A DNA stretch of 43,929 nt. Source: Candidatus Aminicenantales bacterium (lineage in GTDB: Bacteria > Acidobacteriota > Aminicenantia > Aminicenantales > Saccharicenantaceae). The stretch covers positions 1 to 43,929 of the forward strand of contig JBEKXF010000028.1 of NCBI GenBank assembly GCA_049512315.1. The letters run 5' to 3'. The notes under the pieces were generated by a model. That model did not search any database, was not told where the DNA came from, and saw nothing but the letters and a program-made list of their open reading frames with translations. Position numbers and translations under genes: made by a program. Shown here piece by piece: positions 35,338-43,520 of the stretch. How positions within the stretch are numbered: position 1 is the stretch's first letter; every line of letters begins with the position of its first letter.

Positions 35338-37664
35338 TCAGGAAGATTTGAGGGCGGCCAGACGTATCCTGGCGTCTTCAACGAGCGGCCGGAACCGGGG
35401 CTCGCAATCTTTCCAGAGGCTGATGAATTTTTCGTAGTTCTCGCGTGCTTTGCTCTTTAGACCTTTCTGCTCGTAGATCTTGCCCAGGTTATAGAAACTC
35501 CTGGCGTAAAGATCCCCCCAACCATACCGGCCGTAAGTCAAAAGAGTGATCTTTTAATAGTTTTTGAGTGCGTTGTCGGCGTCTCCCATCTCGAGGAAGG
35601 CTGAAGCCAGACTGTCAAGATAAAGTGCATTTGTTTCGATGGATTGAAAATTATATTCTCCTGGGCAGTGAGCCACGGCTTCGTCGAGGAGCTTCCGGGC
35701 GTCAGGCAAGTTCTTTCTGGCCAACTCCAGCCTTCCCCAAAGGTAGGGAATATTCGAGTCTGACTTCCTCAAAAACCCCGGAAGAAGGTGTTCGATCTCC
35801 CGAGTCAGCTTTTCAGCTTCAGGAAGGTTCCCTATTTCCAATTGGGCAACCGCTTCCCAAAAATAGCGCTCTCTCTTCTTGGGGACTTCATCTTCCATAA
35901 CAAGGGCGTCAGCCTTCTTGAATTCTTCAAGCGCTGGTTCGGGCATCTGACTTGCCATGTAAGCTAACCCTATTCCGAAATGAAAATTAAGCGGGTCTGT
36001 CTTTTCAAACAGCTTCTGGTAGGATTTCAACCGCCTCAGGGCCTTTTCGGGTCTTCCGGTCAGGATGTCTACGTAACTGAGCATTCGCACGGCCCGCGTT
36101 TTTTCTAGGTCGATTCTTGTATTATCCAGCCAGGTCCGATAGAATCCGGCGGCCTCCTCAGGTTCATCTTTGTAATAGGAAATATCTCCTTTCCCCCTTC
36201 ATATCTCGGCCATCTATCTGGATTAATACTGTTCGCTTGGTCCAATTCCTGCATTGCGAGGTCAAATCGCCTCTGCAGAATGTAGCAAAAATAAAGCCGG
36301 GAATGCCCTTTATCATTTCCAGGGTTGTTGGCGACAAATTCCTTCATGGTCTCCGTCGCCTTCTCGTCTTCCCCTAACTGCAAGTATTCGTCAGCAACGT
36401 TGACGTAGATTGCAAGATCCCTCGGCCTTCTCTTCATTATCATAGAATATTGCTCTGTGGCCAGTTTCCATTCGCCTAAGCTGCCATAAGTTACAGCGAG
36501 CATGTGATTCCCGAGATAGTCGTCCGGGTAGAGGCCCAGGACTTTCTTGTACATCTCGACCGCCTTGGGATAGGTCGCCTGGGACTGACGGTAATAATCG
36601 CCCTGGAGAATGTAGTATTCCCGCGGCGGCGTCCGGTCTTTAAACCGGAAGGCCTTCTCGAAGCTCTCCTTGCGCTTGGCAGATTGTCCCAGGTTCGTAT
36701 AGATGGCTCCGAGCAGTCTGTAGGCCATGGCAAACTCGGGATCGAGGTCGACGGCCTTCTTCAAGGAATTGATGGCATCGTCGTAATTCACATCCAGATG
36801 AAACCTTTCGCCCTCGACATAGTATTTCAGGGCTTCGGGGTTCCGGGTCATCACTTTGCCGATCTCCACATCGACGTCCGAGGCCATCTGCTCTTGAGTG
36901 ATGTTCAGCCCTTGCTTGATCTCCTTGACGAATCCATCCAGGCCCCCGCCCAAGATATTCTCTATGCTTTGCGCTTTCATCGAGAGCGTGGCTTACGTTT
37001 CTCCGGTTCGGCCGCTGACCAGAGCAGCCGTGATGAGGAAGTTCGGGCCGGCCTTGGCGAAACCCGCCTTGAGGAGGCTGCTTACGTCGGCTTCCTTGGC
37101 GATCTTCTTGATGTTATCAGAGGTCAGGGCCTTCTCTTCGGTGAGGTTCAGCTTCTTGAGCACGCCGTTCATTTCATCCTGTCGCAGCACCCTGAGGTAT
37201 CTTGATGAGGAGAGGCCGGTGATGAGGAGCTCCGGAAAACCATAGCGCTAGTTCTCGAGGCTGCTGTCGCCTGAGTAGTTTTCAAAGGGGAGGACGGCGA
37301 GGGAAGCTTTCCCGGATGAGACACCTGGCTTATGAGGGGAAGGGTGCCAGAGGAGGATGGCGATGACAACAAGAACCAGGAGACCAGCTGCAGGGACAAA
37401 AAGCTTCTTCGGCTTCGTGAACCCTTTCAGGTCCTCTTTCCGGCCGAACTCCCTATTGTTGAATTTGGCTTCGCCGTGTCCGAGTTTCTCCTCGAACCAT
37501 CGGTCGAGCTCGTCAGTATAGGCGTAGACCCTGGCCTTAGGCGTGCCGTCGAGCCGGTGGACGGGCAGGCCCATCTCGGACTCCCATCTCTGGCAGGTCC
37601 GGACGTTGCGCCTGAGATGGGCGCTGATTTCCTTCCAGGATTCGAGGATTCGCCGGTTCTCCAT
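35338..37664 (-). pseudogene. membrane-tethered HTH-TM-TolB-like-TPR protein, disrupted
   Basis: LESWKEISAHL.RNVRTCQRWE...GLPVHR, a TM helix, SLAVLPFEN, then TPRs. In-frame stops at 37248 (TAG), 36993 (TAA) and 35554 (TAA), plus a frameshift in a G-run near 36195. Confidence 0.85.
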
Positions 37665-37696
37665 ATGCCTTCCAGGGCCCCAATAGTCTGGCCCGG

Positions 37697-37725
37697 ATTT
37701 TATCGCCGCAAAATGGGCCTGTCAA
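37697..37725 (-). promoter_or_regulatory. sigma70-like promoter of the HTH-TPR pseudogene
   Basis: Minus strand TTGACA, 17 nt, TAAAAT. Confidence 0.65.
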
Positions 37726-37876
37726 CTATTGGCTGGCCGGAGAGGGGAACGTTTCGTAGCGTCCATAGACTATCAAAAAGAGGGATGGGCGAACGCTTCT
37801 GACACGAGAACCAAAATCCGGTCTTTAGGGGCCTGCGGAAATTTGCCTAACGTCTTCAGAATCGGTGAATTTTATG

Positions 37877-37930
37877 AAGTGCCCCTGGCCTGACTCGAAC
37901 AGGCGACCTCCGGCGTGACAGGCGGCGTTC
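37877..37930 (-). repeat. copy 6: chimeric tRNA fragment with Asp(GTC) anticodon arm and Arg(CCT)-type T-arm/acceptor
   Basis: Minus strand GAACGCCGC CTGTCAC GCCGG AGGTC | GCCTG TTCGAGT CAGGC CAGGGGC A CTT. Confidence 0.8.
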
Positions 37931-38028
37931 CTTGCTGGGCCTAGCAAAAAGCCCAGCCCTGGTATAAACCTAGCCCGCCAACTGGCATCTATCCTGTTGA
38001 GGCCAGTATCCGCTTAGAACGTTCCACA

Positions 38029-38346
38029 TCATACGGGAAGGATCCAGAAGCCGGCCTTTCGGAAGGCACCATATCCTTTGATGTAGAGCTCAATCAACCG
38101 GCATACAGCCGACTTCGAGATGATCTTGTCGATGACTATCCTCTGCTGTTCGGATAGCCCCTCCTCCGCGCCACCCACGTCACGGAGTAGCCCCGCCCGG
38201 CAGTCCAGGAGATATCTTGTCACTCACCGCTGTTCCCAACGCATGTCAATATGCAGGGCTGAGCCCGTCAACAGGCTATATCCTCCGGGCTTAAGGGGCC
38301 GCCCTCGATTCCTCCCCCGTTGGGGACGATTGGCGGTTTCTCGCAT
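38029..38346 (-). pseudogene. degraded hypothetical gene, possibly of phage or integrative-element origin
   Basis: MRETANRPQRGRNRGRPLKPGGYSLL...EQR*VTRYLLDCRAGLLRDVGGAEEGLSEQQRIVIDKI; one in-frame TGA. The family assignment is only a recollection. Confidence 0.4.
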
Positions 38347-38382
38347 TCAGCACGCCTTGACCCTGAACATAGGCTCTATTCC

Positions 38383-38539
38383 GGGAGTGTAAGGAAAACT
38401 GTGTAAACCTCCTTGAACGAGTAAAATGAATCAGGGGCTGGGCTACGATACACTCCCAGCTGATGATCTATTTTGGCGACCGTTTTGGTGAGCGAGCTTA
38501 AATGCGAAGAAGGGTTTGCACAGAATAGCTGGCACTCCC
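38383..38539 (-). mobile_element. MITE-like element with IS256-type terminal inverted repeats, copy B
   Basis: 157 bp. Ends GGGAGTGTAAGGAAAACTGTGTAAA and (reverse complement) GGGAGTGCCAGCTATTCTGTGCAAA. Inverted homolog of 22885-23038. Confidence 0.72.
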
Positions 38540-38629
38540 AGGAAAGAAGCCCGCGTCGCCGATTATCGGAGGCGCGGCTCGGGTGCTCAGAAAACTCGAG
38601 GGCTTTCTCTTGGCAATCCAACTCGCCTG

Positions 38630-40096
38630 TTAGGGAAGCCAGTCGGAGTTCTTTTTGAAGTTCGTGGCGGCAAATCTCGAGGCATAGGGATACCTCGCCT
38701 TGATGGCGTCAAAATCGCCGTCGTGGGGTTCTTCGAAAACATTGAGGAGCGGAGCCGAACCAGGATAGTGGATATTGCTCGCTCCAGCCGCCCCAAAAAG
38801 CTCCAGGGTTCCGAGGATTTCTTCATCGGGAACGGCCGCGACGACCGTCTGTAAAAACGGCCTGGCCGTCTTGAGGACTCCGGCCACGGCCTCAGAACTC
38901 TCGGCGGGCATGACCTGCACATAGCGGAACGTCTCGTCGGGGAGCCAGAATTCAGGGCGGTTGGAAATCCTTACGACGGCGTTTTCTTCGGGAGACACGA
39001 TAACGTTGGAAGCGCCATGGAAAATTCGTGCCAACTCCCGCCCGACTGGTTTCATGGCCGGATTCACCGGCGAGATCTCTAAAGCGAACCGGATCAGGCT
39101 GTCCGCAAGCTCTCCGGCAAAGGCCCGGTGGTCCCCCTGGACATAGATATTTTTCGTGCAGTAGCATGCCGCCCCGTCAAAAGCCGAGATGTCGCGCACA
39201 AGACCCTCGACGGCTTTCTGCCGGAGATCCGGTGCCTCGGCGAAAGCCCTCGAAATGTACGCGGCTCCGATCTTATGCCCGTGCGCCAGGATCGTCGGCC
39301 GGGGGCGCCGCAGCCGGGCACGGTCGGTGACATCACGGACAGTCGCCTCCGAACCCAAAACGTTGACGACATCGGAATGCGCGAGGACGATTCCCTCGAG
39401 CTCGCGGTCACCCCCCTTCCAATACCCGCAGGCCATGGTCTCCCGGACGAGAGGCGCGAACTCCGCCATTTTCTTCAGGTAGATCATCGGGAACACCGCT
39501 GACGTCGAGGGCAACTTGATGATCTGGGCCGCCCCGCCGTCTTTCACGGGCAGCCCGATCCTCGTCAGGATGGCCGAATATCCGACGACGTTGCCCGAAA
39601 CGAAGTGGCTGAGGAGCCCGGGTTCTCGCCACCGCGTGAGCGGGGAATTCCGGCCAAAGCGCTTCAGGTATCCAAACGCGGTTTCGACCGGCCGTCGGGT
39701 TCCGAACGCTTGTTCAACGAACCTGCCGATGAGGCTGCGGTCGTATTGGACGAGAGGGGAAAAGATGCCGAGGCCGAAGCGCTCGATGTCGTGGCGGGAA
39801 AACCCGTCGATCCGGTGGATGAGATCAACGATGGCCTGGATCTCCGGGCTACCGAGCGCGGTGAAATAGGAGTCGAGGCGGTCCATCACCTTCTGCATTT
39901 CCGGGAGTGAAAGGCGGGCGAAGACTTCGCCGGCCCTGGCCTTGAGCGCTGGAATGAGGGCCGCAAGGGATGAAGCTTCAAACCTGGGAAACACGAGGTC
40001 TATGCCGGCGACGGTTTCGGATTTCGTGGACTTGACATAGGGATCCTCGAAGACGATCCGCGGGGATGCGGCGAAAAGGGAGGGGAAATCACTCAC
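38630..40096 (-). CDS. acyl-CoA reductase, LuxC-like
   Basis: HFVSGNV, YWKGGD, GSEATV, HGHKIG, DISAFDGAACY (catalytic Cys), PHDG. GTG start overlaps the luxE-like stop. Confidence 0.8.
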   Translation of the reverse strand: MSDFPSLFAASPRIVFEDPYVKSTKSETVAGIDLVFPRFEASSLAALIPALKARAGEVFARLSLPEMQKVMDRLDSYFTALGSPEIQAIVDLIHRIDGFSRHDIERFGLGIFSPLVQYDRSLIGRFVEQAFGTRRPVETAFGYLKRFGRNSPLTRWREPGLLSHFVSGNVVGYSAILTRIGLPVKDGGAAQIIKLPSTSAVFPMIYLKKMAEFAPLVRETMACGYWKGGDRELEGIVLAHSDVVNVLGSEATVRDVTDRARLRRPRPTILAHGHKIGAAYISRAFAEAPDLRQKAVEGLVRDISAFDGAACYCTKNIYVQGDHRAFAGELADSLIRFALEISPVNPAMKPVGRELARIFHGASNVIVSPEENAVVRISNRPEFWLPDETFRYVQVMPAESSEAVAGVLKTARPFLQTVVAAVPDEEILGTLELFGAAGASNIHYPGSAPLLNVFEEPHDGDFDAIKARYPYASRFAATNFKKNSDWLP

Positions 40097-41279
40097 CGGC
40101 AATCTCCGCGGCCTTGAAAGCGCATCCCTCGGTGCCGCGCGACGCGGGCCCCTCGAATCGACAGACGCGGGTGAACGATTCGACCCATCCCTCGGCGGAA
40201 ACGCTCACGATTTCCGCCATATCGAATTCGAGGATGCTCATGTTGGCCGATGCCGGGCGGCCCGAAAGGCTGGGCGACACCACCTTGATCAGCCCCCGGC
40301 CCGAGCGGAGCGGTATTTCGCTCTCCGGGTCAACGATATACACCCGGCATTCGGGGGACGGGCGGAAGAGGAAGTCGTTCAGGTCTTGGTTCCAGTAACC
40401 CTCGATCTGGGCGGTTGTCTCGGTGAAGCTGTAGATGTCCTTGATATTGGCGGACCAGAAGGTGGAGTCGATGCCGAAGACCGAGGCGATCCTGGCGATG
40501 AAGGCCGGCTTGTCGATCTTCGCGCCGCGGATGGATCCCTTGGCACCGGAATATCCGCCGCCGCTGAAGGCAATATGAGCATTATCGTGCAGCGAGAATT
40601 CCCCCTCGCGAAACTCTTCGAGGTAGGGCCTGAGAAGGAGAGTGAGCCCGCCGAGGGAAATGGTCAGCCCCCGGGCATGGGCGTTCCGGATGAATGAAGC
40701 GACAGCTGAGGCCGCCATTTTCCGGATCGCGGCGGGGCGGCCGAGCGCCTGGTTCAGAAGGGTTTTCGGGAGGTCGATATCAAGGGTAACGTCCATTTCG
40801 GGGAAGCGCGCGTATCCGCCCTCGAGCGCCAGTTGCATTCTGAGCACGGCGCTTTTCCCCATGATCGCGGCCTTTTTCGACAGGTTGCGAAGGATGCGTA
40901 GCGACGGCGCGAACGCGATTCCGGTGGAAGAGGCCGGGGACGCGAAGGTCCGCGCATAAAGTCCGGCGACAGAGGCCCGGTCTTCGAGATTTGTATAAAC
41001 GTAGCTGGGGTCGCCGGACGTGCTGCTTGAGACCTGGAAAACGCCGGGAACGGCGAGGTCGCTGAGGTCTTCGATCAGACCCTTGGACCGCTTGAAGGCC
41101 GTTGAAACAACGCTCGGAAACCGATGGTAAGCGCCGTCGGCCACGATAGCGGCGAGGTCGGCTCGGGAGAGGTTTTTGCGGACACAGAGATTCCTGTAAT
41201 AGGAAAACCGATCCCACTGGTGCTCGATACCGGCGCGGGCCAGAGTCTGAAACCTTAACGTTTTCTCCAGATCGTTCAT
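40089..41279 (-). CDS. acyl-protein synthetase, LuxE-like
   Basis: YYRNLC, SSSTSGDPS P-loop, SGGG, DIYSFTE, C-terminal EGC acyl-accepting Cys. Confidence 0.78.
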   Translation of the reverse strand: MNDLEKTLRFQTLARAGIEHQWDRFSYYRNLCVRKNLSRADLAAIVADGAYHRFPSVVSTAFKRSKGLIEDLSDLAVPGVFQVSSSTSGDPSYVYTNLEDRASVAGLYARTFASPASSTGIAFAPSLRILRNLSKKAAIMGKSAVLRMQLALEGGYARFPEMDVTLDIDLPKTLLNQALGRPAAIRKMAASAVASFIRNAHARGLTISLGGLTLLLRPYLEEFREGEFSLHDNAHIAFSGGGYSGAKGSIRGAKIDKPAFIARIASVFGIDSTFWSANIKDIYSFTETTAQIEGYWNQDLNDFLFRPSPECRVYIVDPESEIPLRSGRGLIKVVSPSLSGRPASANMSILEFDMAEIVSVSAEGWVESFTRVCRFEGPASRGTEGCAFKAAEIAGE

Positions 41280-41557
41280 GAAACTAATATGGCCCTTTGC
41301 CGGGGCCAAGTTGTCAAGAAGATGTCAAAATTGTGTAAATTTGACGTCAACTGAGTGGTTTCGGAGGTTGTGAGTGGCTTATGGGGTCGGGCCTCAGTTT
41401 CTATCTGATTTATAATAATATAACTTCATTTCCACCCCCTTTTTTGGCCTTAAGTCGACGTTTTCGGCCTCCAAAATAAGCCGAGGATAGGAATTTCCTT
41501 TTTCGCGCCGCACGCAGGCCACGCCCCTTAGGCTCGGAATTTATGCCTCCCATCGCG

Positions 41558-41605
41558 AAATGATGATATCGCCGGCCGCGGATTTGTGTCAAGAACTCAA
41601 TAAAG
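41558..41605 (-). promoter_or_regulatory. sigma70-like promoter module abutting the pseudo-tRNA 3' end; homologous to 32681-32728
   Basis: Minus strand TTGACA-CAAATCCGCGGCCGGCGA-TATCAT. Confidence 0.6.
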
Positions 41606-41608
41606 GAG

Positions 41609-41683
41609 CGCGCCCGGAGGGATTCGAACCCCCGATCTTTGGATTAAGAGTCCAACCCTCAATCCAACTAAGCTGCAGGCTGC
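41609..41683 (-). pseudogene. degenerate full-length tRNA (Arg-type scaffold, CTT anticodon)
   Basis: GC(A)GCCTG CA GCTT AGTTGGATT GAGG G TTGGA CTCTTAA TCCAA AGATC GGGGG TTCGAAT CCCTC CGGGCGC G. Bulged acceptor, U8 changed to C, broken D stem, no CCA. Confidence 0.7.
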
Positions 41684-41744
41684 CGGCTACGGACCGATGA
41701 ACTTGACCGGCGTTTCCTCACCTCTTGACCAGGGCCCGGACCAC

Positions 41745-42464
41745 CTACCCGACCCGCGGATTCTGAGGGGAGAAATAAAAATTCACGTGGTCAACGCTCC
41801 CGTATTTTTTGATGAGCGCATACCGGTGTTTCGAAAAATATTCAAGGATCTGTCCCCTCACCTCTTTGTGCGCCTCGATGCAGACAAGGGCCGGGCGGTA
41901 GGTATCGATGTCGAATCCGGCCAGGGCCACAGGTTCGAAATTCTCGATATCCATCGAGAGAAAATCGAAGTGCGAGACGCCTTCTCTTTTGAGGAGATTG
42001 TTCAATGTGATCGCTGGAACTTTGATTTTCTCCAAGGCCCCACCTTTTTTGGCCCAGCCCTCGCTCCCTGAGGACATGCGATCGTTCTGAGGGATATAAT
42101 AAAAATCCGCCAGATCATCCGACCGGTCGGAAATGAAGAAATTGAAAAACTTCGTGTTCTTCCGGTACTCGAGATATCCGGCTTCAAATTTGGCGATCGC
42201 GTCGACGGCAATGCCTCTCCAGCCCAGGTACTTTTCAAGGTAATAGGTCGTGCTGTCCCGCCGGTAATCGCTGGCCCCGATATCGACGAAAAACCCGTTT
42301 TTCATGTCTCTGAAGAAATCTCGGATGATTAATTCTTCGTCGAATTGGGAGTAGAGCTTGGGACCGTATCTCTGGACGAGCCAGTTCGGCCTCGCACATT
42401 CATTCAAAACAGGGAGAAAGAGCAGAAGCAGGATAAAGCCAGCCCAATATCGGATTTTTTTCAC
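41745..42464 (-). CDS. FkbM family methyltransferase with N-terminal TM/lipoprotein-like signal
   Basis: YSQFDEE, FFVDIGA, STTYYLE, GWRGIAVD, DFLSMDIE. GTG start follows AGGAGG. Confidence 0.85.
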   Translation of the reverse strand: MKKIRYWAGFILLLLFLPVLNECARPNWLVQRYGPKLYSQFDEELIIRDFFRDMKNGFFVDIGASDYRRDSTTYYLEKYLGWRGIAVDAIAKFEAGYLEYRKNTKFFNFFISDRSDDLADFYYIPQNDRMSSGSEGWAKKGGALEKIKVPAITLNNLLKREGVSHFDFLSMDIENFEPVALAGFDIDTYRPALVCIEAHKEVRGQILEYFSKHRYALIKKYGSVDHVNFYFSPQNPRVG

Positions 42465-42560
42465 TTGTCTCCTCCTTTATCCGCCCAAGAAATCAAAATC
42501 CAGAAGCAGGGTGAACAAGTTCTCTTTGAGCGGGAGGACAAACCTGACCTGCTCCCGGCT

Positions 42561-42590
42561 ACTGTACCACATCTAAATTGAGATCTTCAA
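42561..42590 (-). promoter_or_regulatory. sigma70-like promoter (module shared with 8818-8847)
   Basis: Minus strand TTGAAG, 18 nt, TACAGT with TG extension; upstream of the FkbM gene. Confidence 0.5.
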
Positions 42591-42712
42591 ACTTGGGTGA
42601 GGCTCCAATCCACTAAATTTACCACCCGATCCGGATCAGAATCCGGGGAGCAGATCACGTTACCATTCGTATTATCAAGACGTACAAAGCTTAAAACATG
42701 GTGTCTCTGACC

Positions 42713-42732
42713 GTGCAGTAATTGTGCAGTAA
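42713..42732 (+). repeat. tandem GTGCAGTAA direct repeat (integrase arm-site-like)
   Basis: GTGCAGTAA-TT-GTGCAGTAA, about 110 nt from the tRNA fragment at 42841. Confidence 0.55.
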
Positions 42733-42836
42733 AGTGGTTGAAAATGGCAGAAAACTATCGAAAAAGGCGACTGCCCGAGGATCTGTGCTAAACGGAATAA
42801 AAGCTTGATTTTCCAGAGGCAACAAGGGGAAATAAG

Positions 42837-42892
42837 GGAGCGCGCCCGGAGGGATCTGAACCCCCGACCTTTGGATTCGACGTCAGACGCTC
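42837..42892 (-). repeat. tRNA-Arg(TCG)-like 3' fragment, direct repeat of 41605-41645
   Basis: Minus strand GAGCG TCTGA CGTCGAA TCCAA AGGTC GGGGG TTCAGAT CCCTC CGGGCGC G CTCC. Confidence 0.8.
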
Positions 42893-43109
42893 GGTTTCCA
42901 TCGCCGCCTCTAATTGAATGAAAACACTTGATTAGCGGGAGGCCGGACGCTCTCCGTTCCCTCCGTGTGCCGGTGGCGTGCCAAAACAGACTGAAAACGC
43001 CGGAAAATTGCGGTTTCGGCCGGTTGCCCGGGCGCTTCCTGTGGTGAGATGGACGCTGGTTAAGAATGGCCTCGAATTATACGCCGATAGGGCCGGCGAG
43101 AATCATCAC

Positions 43110-43520
43110 TCAACTCGCGTTATTGCTCTCGGCCTTTCGTTTGCTTTCACTAAGCCAGAAATGCTCGTGTAATGCCCAAGTTTTCGTGCTGTAAAAATAA
43201 AGAAAGACGGCAAATGCTGTGGGAATCAAGCCGAAAAACCTGACAGGACCCGGAGTCATTAACACTAAGGCCCCTGCTGATGCGTATAACATACTTAGTA
43301 TTGCGGCAAGGATGCTTGAGGTTGCGCGTCGCCCGGTCAAATGGGATATCCAGACCCCCCAGACCAAAAGAGCGAGAATGACTATAGGCCTTATGGACAA
43401 CTTTTCTCCGAACGAAAGCGTGCTGAGGGCACTTAATATCCAGAATCCCGATATAATTATCGCAATAATGAAATACTGCTTGGCCCATCGCGCTAATGCG
43501 CCGCCTGACTTCTCGTTCAT
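43110..43520 (-). CDS. hypothetical 4-TM membrane protein
   Basis: Four hydrophobic segments. ATG follows AGGAGAGG; candidate TTGACT promoter upstream. Confidence 0.65.
   Translation of the reverse strand: MNEKSGGALARWAKQYFIIAIIISGFWILSALSTLSFGEKLSIRPIVILALLVWGVWISHLTGRRATSSILAAILSMLYASAGALVLMTPGPVRFFGLIPTAFAVFLYFYSTKTWALHEHFWLSESKRKAESNNAS

Noticed and set aside
35338..37664. Stop-codon recoding or selenocysteine to explain the in-frame stops here and at 4347 and 38224
   Set aside because: All three stop types occur along with frameshifts, at least one stop fits a single-base change from Trp, and intact genes terminate with TAA, TAG and TGA.
1228..37930. CRISPR array or integron attC interpretation of the six repeats
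   Set aside because: Spacing is 1.6-19 kb, there are no cas or intI genes, I saw no RYYYAAC/GTTRRRY-bounded hairpin in the repeat, and the unit is clearly tRNA-derived.
38630..41279. Bioluminescence operon
   Set aside because: No luxA, luxB or luxD in the window.
42477..42572. 31-aa ORF MWYSSREQ... upstream of FkbM
   Set aside because: No RBS, and its start overlaps the predicted -10 element.
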